The notes: a model not told the origin generated them from the sequence alone. Positions 1 through 11,830 are shown, counted from the stretch's first letter. The stretch: DNA of 64,000 bases from Octopus sinensis (GCF_006345805.1 NC_043007.1:16306001-16370000); one strand, 5' to 3'. Program-made: numbers and translations.

Positions 1-237
1 TTGTTTGTGTATGTACACACATGAACACACAGAAAACTGCGGAAAGACAAATAGAGACACAAACGAGATAAGACGTTGACATTTGGCACGAAAACGTTTT
101 TTTTATATCCTAAATACCTGGATTTTACAAATGATCAACATCGATTCTCTAAAACACTCATGATCAATCACTTTTGAGAAACATTATTGATTTTATGTGT
201 GGGTGTGTGTGTTGAGTGTGTGAGTGTCTGTAATGTG

Positions 238-299
<62 letters not shown>

Positions 300-402
300 C
301 ATATACATACAAACATCATACATCTAGGGGTGTATGTATATAGGTAACAGCTTTCCTTTACACGTTTCATTATAGAACATGACTATGTTCTAATTTAATC
401 GC

Positions 403-460
<58 letters not shown>

Positions 461-497
461 ATTATTATTATTATTATTATTATTATATACATATATA

Positions 498-641
498 TTG
501 GGTTGTCCGGAAAGTTCGTGCCGAATTATAGTAGCTTACCATCCGACTTATTTTAGAACATGGTTGAGTCCATAAAATAGGATTTGACTACATCTCCATT
601 TAGAGCACAGTTTAAGCTATCTTTCCGTGGAAGAAGGTTTA
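498..641 (+). mobile_element. Mariner left end (TIR plus 5' UTR), truncated by a SINE
   Basis: TA followed by ttgggttgtccggaaagttcgtgccga; near-identical to 36853-36995. Confidence 0.85.
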
Positions 642-642
642 T

Positions 643-896
643 GTGGCGTATGTGCTCCCCACCCCCCAGCTGGACGGGACACCAGTCCATGGCAGCGTTA
701 CTCAAGAAACAGGAAGAAAGAGTGAGAGAAAGTTGTGGCGAAAGAGTACAACAGGGGTCACCACCACCCACTGCCGGAGCCTCGTGGAGCTTTTAAATGT
801 TTTCGCTCAATACACACAACGCCCGGTCTGGGAATCGAAACAGCGATCCTCTGACCGCGTGTCCGCTGCCCTAACCACTGGGCCATTGCGCCTCCA
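643..896 (-). mobile_element. tRNA-derived SINE, family A head with short tail
   Basis: Head ggaggcgcaatggcccagtggttagggcagcgg (A box) and ttcgattccc (B box); body shared with the 2099, 9241, 9882, 39255 and 62257 copies. Confidence 0.85.
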
Positions 897-900
897 CATT

Positions 901-968
901 CTCCCCCACCCCCACCCCACCCCACCCCACCCCACCCCACCCCCACTCCCACTCCCACCCCACCCCAC
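901..968. repeat. (CCCCA)n pentamer tract
   Basis: About 13 units; (TGGGG)n on the minus strand. Confidence 0.9.
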
Positions 969-974
969 CCATCA

Positions 975-1152
975 GAACGACATTATTTGTACAGGTGCAA
1001 CGGGTGCCACATGTCAGATGTCGAAATGATCGCGCAGAGAACGGGAAATGAAGTGTTTTGCTCAAGAACACAGCGGAACGCCCGGTCTGGAAATCGAACC
1101 CACGATCTCGCAATCGTGAGTGCAACACCTTAACCACTAAGCTACGCGCCTT
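975..1152 (-). mobile_element. tRNA-derived SINE (ggtgttgcactcacg head type)
   Basis: A/B boxes on the minus strand; related copies at 39820-40085 (+) and 48180-48390 (-). Confidence 0.7.
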
Positions 1153-1312
1153 CCCTCTATATGTATAAATTTTCTGAAAGTTTATCTAAATACAACGTTG
1201 TCAGGGCGATCCAAATTTGGTGAAATTCAATTCAAATTTCATTAATTTTGGATCGCCTTGAGAACGTTGTATTAACATATACTCTGGGAAATATTAATAT
1301 AATTTTCATGAT

Positions 1313-1388
<76 letters not shown>

Positions 1389-1501
1389 GTGTGTGACCAA
1401 TAGAAATAATTTTCGGCTTTATAAAGTGAGATCTGTATAAACTTCTCTATACACATTTTTGTTGTGTGTGTCTGTGTGTGTGTGTGTGTATGTGTATGTA
1501 T

Positions 1502-1534
<33 letters not shown>

Positions 1535-1621
1535 GTGTTTGTGTGTGTGACCAATAGAAATAATTTTCGGCTTTATAAAGTGAGATCTGTATAAACTTCT
1601 CTATACACATTTTTGTTGTGT

Positions 1622-1653
<32 letters not shown>

Positions 1654-1686
1654 TTGTGGTGTGTGTGTGTGTGTATGTATTGTGTA

Positions 1687-1722
<36 letters not shown>

Positions 1723-2098
1723 GTCATACATATATGAATGCGTGTGTCTATCTATGCATATACAATGTCAGATATAAGGTAATGGCGGCTCTCTAGCATG
1801 TGTCAAAACATGGGTCGCCAATGAAAAAAAAATTTCATTTTATGTGTTGCTATTAAGTGTTACCCTGGTAATAATTACCACGGTAACGACTTAGTAAAAC
1901 ATTTTATACCTTTACAATTATACAATTTACGGAGCTTCATAATATCACAAACACAAGAAACGTGTATAAGCATGCGCGCGCACATATATGTTTGTTTTGT
2001 TTTTTTGCTTTTTAAGGAAAGCCTCATCCATATAAATTCAAAGCTCCATGGACCGATGTACCGACTGAATCTACCTCTTATGATCCATACCCATACGT

Positions 2099-2483
2099 GG
2101 AAGCACTCCGTCGGTTACGACGATGAGGGTTCCGGTTGATCCGAATCAACGGAACAGCCTGCTCGTGAAATTAACGTGTAAGTGGCTGAGCACTCCACAG
2201 ACACGTGTACCCTTAACGTAGTTCTCGGGGATATTCAGTGTGACACAGAGAGTGACAAGGCCGGCCCCTTGAAATACAGGTACAACAGAAACAGGATGTA
2301 AGAGTGAGAGAAAGTTGTGGTGAAAGAGTACAGCAGGGATCACCACCATCCCCTGCCGGAGCCTCATGGAGCTTTTAGGTGTTTTCGCTCAATAAACACT
2401 CACAACGCCCGGTCTGGGAATCGAAACCGCGATCCTACGACCGCGAGTCCGCTGCCCTAACCACTGGGCCATTGCGCCTCCAC
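2099..2483 (-). mobile_element. Full-length SINE family A, tail type a
   Basis: 10-bp TSD acccatacgt (2089-2098 and 2484-2493); near-identical to 62257-62638. Confidence 0.92.
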
Positions 2484-2803
2484 ACCCATACGTATGTATA
2501 CATACGCATATGGATTATCTTCATGTCATATCTTCAAAAAGTATATACAAAGTAAACCCGGAACTCACTAGATATACATTCAACTTCAAAAATAGGGTCC
2601 TTCGTTATGTTACTTGTCTTGCTTCCCATTTGTTTCTCTTGTTGTTCGCAAAGCAACGTTTGTCTTAGTATTTCATGTTGTTTCTCGTATTTCGGATTTC
2701 ATGTTTTCGTACTTCATGCTGTTTACGTTTTGCGACGTCCTGTACCCATATATGCGTATGTGTGTGTGTGTGTGTGTGTGTATGTGTGTGTGCGTGTGTG
2801 TGT

Positions 2804-2842
<39 letters not shown>

Positions 2843-2888
2843 ATAGAGAGAGAGACCAGTTAGAAACAATTATTAACTTTTTATAATA

Positions 2889-2934
2889 TTTTTGATAAGG
2901 TTCGTTTTTTCAAGAAGAACCGAAACATGTAAAA
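2889..2934 (+). ncRNA. Degenerate minimal hammerhead ribozyme motif
   Basis: ttt-TTGATAA-GGTTC..GAACC-GAAA-CATGT-A-aaa; palindromic stem III (ACATGT) and GUA triplet; two core substitutions versus CUGAUGA. Confidence 0.5.
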
Positions 2935-3279
2935 TTTCGAAGAAAATTAAAATTTATCTTATATAGTGCCGTTTTCAAACTTCTTTTTTATAAATATATA
3001 TATATATGTACACACAAATACAGGTATATGTCAGTATGTACATATATGAATGTATATAAGCCTATATATATATATATATTGTTTATATTATATGCATATA
3101 TATGTATATATATGTATATATGTGTGTATATATGTGTATGTATGTGTGTATACACACACACACACACGCACACAAACCGACCAATTCAGATAGCCACAAA
3201 CCCCAAAAGTTGCCCTGACTTCATCAAAAAAGTCTTGCCACTTTTTACTGACCGCCTTGAATGTTTGTGTATCCCTAAA

Positions 3280-3685
3280 GGTGATTGCTCCGTTTTCACG
3301 CATGATTGCCGTCTCTCCGTACTCTCTCGTTATCAGTGATATTTCTGACTTTCCGTCCATGACATCCCAGATGACAATTTAATCCCGCCATTGATGTGCA
3401 AGGTTTCAAGCGTAGGTGACAGACGAATGTTGTAACTTTCACAAGACTGGTCTGGTCACTTTGTTGGGTGATCTCTGTGTATCGCCATATATCTTTTCCA
3501 ACCTGAAATTGACTCCCAAACTTTTTCGCATATTACACATATTGAGTCACCTTGGCTTGGTCTTTCATAGTTTCAAATAGTTGATACACCCGGTTTTAGA
3601 AATGACTACACAACAACACGCTTCACACATCCAGTGTTTTATATCTTTATCAAGGTTCTAATGACAGCCCTTCCGAAGTCGACAT
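3280..3685 (-). mobile_element. RTE LINE 3' end with three decayed C2H2 zinc fingers
   Basis: Frameshifted translations WMCEACCCVVISKTGCINYLKL, CVICEKVWESISGWKRYMAIH and FVCHLRLKPCTSMAGLNCHLGCH, followed by an ETAIMRENGAIT terminal motif. Confidence 0.7.
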
Positions 3686-3863
3686 GCATACATACATACA
3701 TACATAAAATAAATAAAATAAATGCGCCCTTTTTAAAGCCTAGCCAGGCTCATGGGCCCGGTTTCCCAGTTTCTATGGGAAGCAAAAATTTATCGGAAAA
3801 TTTAAAGAACTTTGCCTATTTAATATTCTTTTCTACTCTAGGCACAATGGGGGAGGGGCCAGT

Positions 3864-4446
3864 CGATCAGATCAACCCCAGTACGCAACCGGTACTTAAT
3901 TTATCGACCCTGAAAAGATGAAAGGCAAAGTCGACCTCGGCGGAATTTGAATTCAGAACGTAAAGATAGACGAAAATACCTATTTCTTTAGCCCACAAGG
4001 GGCTAAACATAGAGTGGACAAACAAGGATAGACAAACGGATTAAGTCGATTACATCGACTCCAGTGCGTAATTGGTACTTATTTAATCGATCCCGAAAGG
4101 ATGAAAGGTAAAGTCGACCTCGGCGGAATTTGAACTCAGAACGTAGCGGCAAACGAAAAACTGCTAAGCATTTCGCCCGGCGTGCTAACGTTTCTGCCAG
4201 CTCGCCGCCTCAAAAACTTTTTTATTACCCACAAGGGGCTAAGCACAGTGGGGACAAACAAGGACAGACAAACGGATTAAGTCGATTATATCGACTCCAG
4301 TGCGTAACTGGTACTTATGTAATCGACCCCGAAAGGATGAAAGGCAAAGTCGACCTCGGCGGAATTTGAACTCAGAACGTAACGGCAGACGTAATACGGC
4401 TACGCATTTCGCCCGGCGTGGTAACGTTTCTGCCAGCTCACCGCCT
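3864..4446 (-). mobile_element. Tandem array of SINE family B (central cctttcatcctttcggggtcgataaa domain)
   Basis: About 3 head-to-tail units; full head ggcggcgagctggcagaaacgttagc with B box gttcaaattcc. Confidence 0.9.
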
Positions 4447-4782
4447 TATTGACTATCTAATATTAAATATATACTCAAAGTGAATAGAACGAGACTTACA
4501 ATCCGAGCGTAAACGTTTTGGATTTATGCAAACACTAAAAAACTTGAGGGAAATCAAATGGCCAGATTTTAGACCTAACAATCATCTCAATAAATAAGCA
4601 AAACGTATCATTAAATGCAAACCGATCCACATTGCTGAATCGTCATCATACGACAACAGCGTAAAAAAAAAAAAACACAACATCCAATAACAACATCAAA
4701 GTTGAGAACAATGTACAGCTGAGCAGTAGTAATAGCCTTCTTCTCCCATCATAGTAGAACATCCAACAACAGTAACAATAAT

Positions 4783-5431
4783 ACTTATTTCTTTATTGCC
4801 CACAGGGGGATAAACATAGAGGGGACAAACAAGGATAGGCAAACGGATTAAGTCGATTATATCGACCCCAGTACTTAATTTATCGACCCCGAAAGGATGA
4901 AAGGCAAAGTCGACCTGGGCGGAATTTGAACTCAGAACGTAGCGACGGGCGAAATACCTATTTCTTAACTACCCACAAGAGGCTAAACACAGAGAGAACA
5001 AACAAGGACAGACAGACGGATTAAGTCGATTATTTCGATCCCCCAGTGCGTAACTGGTACTTAATTTATTGACCTCGAAAGGATGAAAGGCAAAGTCGAC
5101 CTCGGCGGAATTTGAACTCAGAACGTAACGGCAGACGAAAAACTGCTAAGCATTTCGCCCGGCGTGCTAACGTTTCTGCCAGCTCGCCGCCTTAAAAACT
5201 TTTTTATTACCCACAAGGGGCTAAACATAAAGGGGACAAACAAGGACAGACAAACGGATTAAGTCGATTATATCGACTCCAGTGCGTAACTGGTACTTAT
5301 TTAATCGACCCCGAAAGGATGAAAGGTAAAGTCGACCTCGGCGGAATTTGAACTCAGAACGTAGCGGCAGACGAAAAACTGCTAAGCATTTCGCCCGGCG
5401 TGCTAACGTCTCTGCCAGCTCGCCGCCTTAA
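4783..5431 (-). mobile_element. Tandem array of SINE family B
   Basis: Three units; one joined through the gaaatacc|tatttc junction. Confidence 0.9.
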
Positions 5432-5479
5432 CAATAATACCATCAGTGGAAACTGCAAAGTATGGATACAAAGAAATAA

Positions 5480-6170
5480 ATAGTTAACCTGCTAGACAAC
5501 AAAAGCGGTCAATTGATAGCTTCCTCGAATAAACAGAGGAATATAGAAATTGTTTTAATTCTCTAAAAGTGGTGTGGGAAGATGTACTGTAGCAGGTTTA
5601 ATGCATTAATCTAAAAGACAGACAATTTAAAACATATACACAAAAAAGAGCCTTCTAAATTGGAACTGGAAGTAGTAAATGAAATTGCGGGAAATTATCT
5701 AATGTTGTGGTGCTAACAACCATTGCTTATCTAATGGCTATTGTATCAGAAACCACATATGAGATTATAAATCTCTTTCAATATGTGTTAGCAATAATAT
5801 TACTGGCCTACCACAAGGAGTTGGAGTTACATAATAAAGACAGGGATAAACAACTGAAGCCGGACTGGGCTCACAACGGGAAAAATGAAACTGTTTCTTC
5901 GGAAAACTATCTCAAGGATTATTATTGGTATAATGTGCAATATTGTCAATAAATTCACGTAACACCAGAAACAGTTAATAGGTAAGCAGGAAAAGTGGTT
6001 TGAGGGCTCGAAAAGTAAAAGTATCTATTGTGAAAGTACTGTAACAGCGAAGCACATCAATAGCAGAGAAAAGAAACCTGTAACTTATCATGCCCAAGTT
6101 TACGAGCCCCCGAAAACAACATCATTAGAGCAGTTAATGAATTTGAGGAGGAGCGTGAAATAAGAACCGA
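5480..6170 (+). mobile_element. Decayed N-terminal ORF fragment of an R4/Dong-clade LINE
   Basis: Frameshifted peptides PSKLELEVVNEIAGNYL, KQLKPDW and KTISRIIIGIMC resemble the pre-RT region of RLE LINEs (recall only, not searched). Confidence 0.45.
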
Positions 6171-6264
6171 TACAGATCTCTCCACACACACAAACACAAA
6201 CATACATACACACACACCACACACACACACACACAAATTGGAAAAAATGTAACACAGAAAGAAA

Positions 6265-7400
6265 ATTTTAAGGGGCTAAACACAGAGAGAACAAACAAGG
6301 ACAGACAGACGGATTAAGTCGATTATATCGACCCCAGTGCGTAACTGGTACTTAATTTATTGACCCCGAAAGGATGAAAAGCAAAGTCGACCTTGGCGGA
6401 ATTTTAACTCGCTGAGAAGTTAGTGCATGTGTACATAGAACGAAAGGTCCAAACCATAAACATGAAGAATTCGGCACGTTTATGATTTTGAAGGCTTCAG
6501 TCATACAATTCAAAACAAGAGATCCCCTCATTAAGTATCTTATTTCGTTATTGCCCACAAGGGGCTAAACATAGAAAAGACAAACAAGGACAGACAAACA
6601 GATTAAGTCGATTACATCGACCCCAGTGCGTAACTGGTACTTAATATATCGACCCCGAAAGGATGAAAGGCAAAGTCGACCTCGGCGGAATTTGAACTCA
6701 GAACGTAGCGGCAGACGAAATACCTGTTTCTTTATTACCCACAAGGGGCTAAACATAGAGGGGACAAACAAGGACAGACATAGGTATTAAATCGATTACA
6801 TCGACTCCAGTGCGTAACTGGTACTTAATTTATCGAGCCCGAAAGGATGAAAGGCAAAGTCGACCTCGGCGGAATTTGAACTCAGAACGTAGCGGCAGAC
6901 GAAATACCTGTTTCTTTATTACCCACAAGGGGCTAAACATAGAGGGGACAAACAAGGACAGATATAGGTATTAAATCGATTACATCGACTCCAGTGCGTA
7001 ACTGGTACTTAATTTATCGAGCCCGAAAGGATGAAAGGCAAAGTCGACCTCGGCGGAATTTGAACTCAGAACGTAGCGGCAGACGAAATACCGCTAAGCT
7101 TTTTGTCCGGCGTTCTAACTATTCTGCCACTTACCGATTTCAATTATCTGAGATAAATAGTGGTTTCATATTTTGGTTGGTTTCATATTTTGGTACAAGG
7201 CCATCAGTTACGAATGGGGGAAGTAAGTCGATTACCTCGACCCCCCAGTGCTCAACTAGTACTTATTTTATCGACCCTAAAAGGGTGAAAAACAAAGTCG
7301 ACCTCGGCGGAATTTGAACACAGAAAGTAAAGACGAACGAAATGCCGCTAAGCACTTTGCCGGACGCGGTATCGATTTTGCCTGCTCGATGCCTTCTAAT
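6265..7400 (-). mobile_element. SINE family B array containing 184-bp repeat units
   Basis: acaagggg anchors at 6557, 6741 and 6925 give an exact 184-bp period; further degenerate copies at 6265-6410 and 7200-7400. Confidence 0.9.
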
Positions 7401-7909
7401 ATCTGAAATATTGGTCTCAAATAACACTGTGTCAGTTTTATTGATCGAGATTGCCTTTATATCTAGACGATGTTTTGTAAAACTCCTTACAACGCAGTTT
7501 CGTTTAGCGTTGCACATTTAAATAACGTATCTAGAGTTATTGATTTCAATATTGCGGTATACAGCATAAAGTGCTGGTCGTCATATTTTGTATGTATGTA
7601 TGTATGTATGTATATTACAATGGTAATGGACAATTGTTATTGAATCGGCATAAAGGGCCCATGTTTTAGGAGGGATGAGGAGAATGTGAAATACACATAA
7701 ATGTAAATGGAGTGAAATTGTTCGCCATCTATGAATGATGAATAATGAATTTTTAAAACATTTTTTGAGAGTAAAACCTTCGGCTAGAAAGGATAGCGGG
7801 TAACGTTGTGAACACACCATAGATTAGCAATTGGTGGTGGTGGTGGTGGTGGTGGTGGTGGTGGTGGTCATCGTCGTCGTTGTGGTCATTGTGGTGGTGG
7901 TAGTGGTGG

Positions 7910-8140
7910 TGATGCTAGCAGAAACGTTAGCACGCCGGGTGAAATGCTTAGCGGTATTTCGTCTGCTGTTACGTTCTGAGTTCAAATTCCGCTGAGGTCG
8001 ACTTTGCCTTTCATACTTTCGGGGTCGATAAATTAAGTACCAGTTACGCACTGGGGTCGATGTAATCGACTTAATACCTATGTCTGTCCTTGTTTGTCCC
8101 CTCTGTGTTTACCCCCTTGTGGGTAATAAAGAAATAGGTA
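7910..8140 (+). mobile_element. SINE family B copy inside a (GGT)n tract
   Basis: gcagaaacgttagcacgccggg...gggtaataaagaaatagg, flanked by GGT repeats. Confidence 0.9.
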
Positions 8141-8453
8141 GTGGTGGTGATGGTGATGGTGATGGTGGTAGTGGTGGTGGTGGTGGTTGTCGTCGTCGTC
8201 GTTGTCGTGATGAAGGGGTAGTTGTAGCTGTGGTGATGGTAGTGGTGGACTGGTAGTTGTTGTTAGGAGATAGAATTGCACCAACACATGACCTACACAC
8301 TATACAACCCTACTATCTTTTTAAAAAAAAGAGGTGTGGTCACGGCTTGTATGTTTTTCGTAAACACACACACACATTCTCACACACATACGCGCGGGCG
8401 CACGGGTGCGTGTGTGTTATGGAACAGAACAGGTTTATGGATGTATGAGGACA

Positions 8454-8498
8454 GTCGTGTGCACATGTTTCTGCCTCAATAGCCGTCATCAGCACGAC
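8454..8498 (-). ncRNA. Hammerhead ribozyme motif, left arm of an inverted pair
   Basis: Minus strand: gtcgtg-CTGATGA-cggctattgaggca-GAAA-catgtg-CA-cacgac; perfect 6-bp stem I; U16.1 changed to C; imperfect stem II. Confidence 0.6.
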
Positions 8499-8672
8499 AA
8501 CTGCCCGATCTTATCTTAAGTAGTCAAGATAAACTTAAACTGAAATACTACAAATTACCTAGGCCATATACAAAAAAGGAGCAGGAATTCTACAATTTTT
8601 TTGTTTTTCTTTTGTTTTTTCTTTTGTATCAGCCTAAGTCCCTTGGCTGCCGGAGATAAGATCAGGCAACTG

Positions 8673-8715
8673 TTGTGCTGATGAAGGTTATTGAGACAGA
8701 AACACGTGTACATGA
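8673..8715 (+). ncRNA. Hammerhead ribozyme motif, right arm of an inverted pair
   Basis: ttgtg-CTGATGA-aggttattgagaca-GAAA-cacgtg-TA-catga; palindromic stem III ACACGTGT and GUA triplet; imperfect stem II. Confidence 0.65.
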
Positions 8716-9240
8716 CGGTCCTCATATCTCCGAACAATATAAAATATGCGTGAGAAGTGGAGAGAGAAGCTTAGATCAACTGAAATAACAAGAAGAGATA
8801 AATCTTTAGACTTCTTTTTAAAACCTCCGATCCTGCAGTATTGCCCAATTAATTATGCATCGACTCCACTAAACAAAACAACAATTATATCGACTATCAG
8901 GATAATTATTAACCCAACTATAGATCACTTTCAATCGATCAACCGATATATTGATTAGCCAACTGAGAGCACCCTAATAATACAAAATACACCTTGTAGA
9001 ATAACATAAGTGTAGTATGTTACACGGTGCGTGGTGAAAAAGGACTTCGGTTTACCAGGAAAAAGTTATCTATAACATCTAGAATGGTCCGTATTGGCTC
9101 GCGTAATGTCATTGAATTTCCTAATGGGATTAAGCTATAGCTTCTACATGAACCGTGTAAGTTCATGTATGGATTTGGTTTTACCCTATTCGAGAAAATT
9201 ATGATAACTAGGATGAGTTGTGTATGTTTGCTTGCGGTGT

Positions 9241-9645
9241 TTGTTTGTTTGTGGAGCGAAGCGGTCTTCGTCCCAGGGCTCGCAAGATCACGCCTCAGAA
9301 TTGTCTGTAGTAGGAGAAGTCCGAAACGTGGTCCTTTGCTATTCGTAAGACCCGCAGAAGAGAAAGCAGGTCAACCCCCGACACCGAGAGCATCGACGGA
9401 TGGATGAATGCTCATCCAGGCTCAGCGGTTGCGTAGGAAGTCGTGGACAAGAAACAGGAAGAAAGGGTGAGAGAAAGTTGGGGCGAAAGAGTACAACATG
9501 GATCGCCACCACCCCCTGCCGGAGCCTCGTGGAGCTTTAGGTGTCTTCGCTCAATAAACACACATAACGCCCGGTCCGGGAATCGAAACCGTGATCCTCC
9601 GACCGCGAGTCCGCTGCCCTAACCACTGGGCCATTGCGCCTCCAC
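9241..9645 (-). mobile_element. Full-length SINE family A, tail type b
   Basis: 14-bp TSD tttgcttgcggtgt on both sides. Confidence 0.92.
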
Positions 9646-9881
9646 TTTGCTTGCGGTGTATTGGCTTAAGTGTATCGTTTTTGTGCCTGGCGTGGATCTA
9701 CGTGTAACTTCATACGCTTCCGCATATGTGCATGATTCATCTATCTGAGATAATATGTGCGTTATGCGTAGGACTTAAGGTTACTATAGACACCAACATT
9801 ACCATAAAAAGTTTCTTAGGCGTAACGCTAGTAGGCCTGCTTAATCAGGATTGACCTGGGCTTAAACAGCAGCAACAACAG

Positions 9882-10253
9882 TGGAGACGCAATAGCCCAA
9901 TGGTTAGGGCAGCGGACTCGCGGTCGGAGGATCGCTGTTTCGATTCCCAGACCGGGCGTTGTATGTGTTTATTGAGCGAAAACACCTAAAGCTCCACGAG
10001 GATATGGCAGGGGGTGGTGGCGACCCCCTGTTGTACTCTTTCGCCCCAACTTTCTCTCACTCTTTCTTCCTGTTTCTTGTCCCCGAATTCCTACGCAACA
10101 GCTGAGCCTGGATGCGCATTCATCCATCCGTCGATGCTCTCGGTGTCGGGGGGTGACTGCTTTCTCTTCTGCGGGTCTTACGAATAGCAAAGGACCACGT
10201 TTCGGACTTCTCCCACTGCGAGCTCTGGGACGAAGACCGATTCGCACAACAGC
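9882..10253 (+). mobile_element. Full-length SINE family A, tail type b
   Basis: TSD aacagcagcaa(c/t)aacag; inverted relative to 9241-9645. Confidence 0.9.
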
Positions 10254-10412
10254 AACAGCAGCAATAACAGCCAACTTGATAGTGTTGCGTTTGGATCACA
10301 AAATAAAAATTAAAAAGATCCCTTGTTCTGCTATCAAAGTCGGCCGCTCACTTAACATTAAGGTGAATGGAAAAAAAGACATCTTTAAATATTCTTTAAG
10401 CTTTATACTATT

Positions 10413-10797
10413 ACTAGCAGTATCGCCCGACGTTGATCAGGTTTGTTTCGACCCTTTACAATTGGAATTTTTGAAAAGTAAAAATGTTGCATTATGTAGC
10501 TTGTTATTCTCTTTAAGTGAACATTTTTCTGGTTGAAATGCACCGAAAAATGGCGACACAGCAGTCAAAAAATCGTAAAAAATAGGGATTTTCATAGAAA
10601 AAACACCTTTTGATGTAAATAATATTTGGTGTTAACATGGTCCGATTTGAATTTTATCTTCTACAGAAGGAAGAGCAAGCCTTCTTCTATCATACTCTCG
10701 ATTTTGGTCAACTTGTGCCGCAGGGTCTCGGAGGAGATAGTGTTAGTTGAAGTCTTACCAAACCTGCCATACACAGACAACTTCAGCTTTATATATA
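10413..10797 (+). mobile_element. Non-autonomous Helitron/Helentron-like element, type 1
   Basis: Begins actagcagtatcgcccg and ends caacttcagctttatatatat; second copy at 40684-41072; no TIR or TSD. Confidence 0.6.
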
Positions 10798-10798
10798 T

Positions 10799-11443
10799 AC
10801 TAGCAGTATCGCCCGGCGTTGCTCGGGTTTGTAAGGGAAATAACTATATAAGCATTTTTAGAGAGTTATAGCAAAATAATAGCAAAAAATGCATTAAAAA
10901 TGGAAAAAATATGATGGTAAATTTTTTTTTAAATCGTTGACAATCTCGTAGACATTTTTAGAGAGTTACTTCCCTTATATAATAGCGAAAAAATGCATTA
11001 AAATGGAAAAAAAACGATGGTAAATTTTTTTTTAATCGTAGACTCATGTAGACGCTTTCTTAGCCATTTCTGTTTTGGTGTCTTCAAGCCATGAAGTCGT
11101 TGTTCTAAAAGAACACTGGTCTCCTTGAAACGCATTACGACGTTGATTTCCTTACACTCCCTCCTTCCCCACAGGTGCAGGTGTGAGCGTGGACGCCAAC
11201 TCCGCCGCCATCGACACACGAAAAATTATGCATTAAAATGGAATAAAAAATGATGTTAAATTATTTTTAAAATCGTAGACTCATCGTAGACGCGCGCTAA
11301 TATTCAGACGGGCTCGATATGAATCACGACTATAAGCTACCCGAATTTGGTTAAACTGCACCGCAAAATGTGGGAGTAGTTAGGAATCTAAATCGAAGGG
11401 GACAGACACTCACACAACTACAGTTTTATATATATATATAGAT
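10799..11443 (+). mobile_element. Non-autonomous Helitron/Helentron-like element, type 2
   Basis: actagcagtatcgcccggcgttgctcggg...caactacagttttatatatatagat; copies at 12676-13313 (+) and 46972-47343 (-). Confidence 0.6.
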
Positions 11444-11449
11444 ATACAT

Positions 11450-11830
11450 AGCGCAGTAGTGGTGAGATGTGACAGCAAAGAAAAGCATACATTCACTCTC
11501 TGCATGCAATTAGACTCGGAAAGTTCGTGAGGAACCCATTGACCCAATTTGCTGACTTTTCCGATAGCACACAGGTCTCAATGAATGGTTGAATGACCAA
11601 ATCCAAGCTTCTCTGCTAGTTCCTCAACAGTTACGATGATATTTTGTTCCACCAGGGTTTTCAGGATGTCCTTGTCGAGTTCTACTACAGATCTTTCAGG
11701 ATGAGGCTCGTCTTCTAGGCTGTAGTTTATGGCTCGGGATTTCTGGAACCACCATTGACACTGCCTTACGCTTATTGTCCAATCCCCATATACTGCATTA
11801 ATATTTCTTGTACTTTGCATACATTTATAT
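11450..11830 (-). pseudogene. Mariner transposase N-terminal (HTH) fragment
   Basis: INAVYGDWTISVRQCQWWFQK...LEDEPHPERS...VTVEELAEKLGFGHSTIH; duplicated at about 13325-13690. Confidence 0.85.

Noticed and set aside
9305-9330. Hammerhead-like GGA-GAAG-TCC-GAAAC in SINE tail b
   Set aside because: There is no CUGANGA box in either copy; the apparent ctgtagta comes from an insertion present in one copy only.
8990-9800. Open frame of about 112 aa on the minus strand after removing the SINE
   Set aside because: No recognisable family, no ATG near the start of the frame and no splice support.
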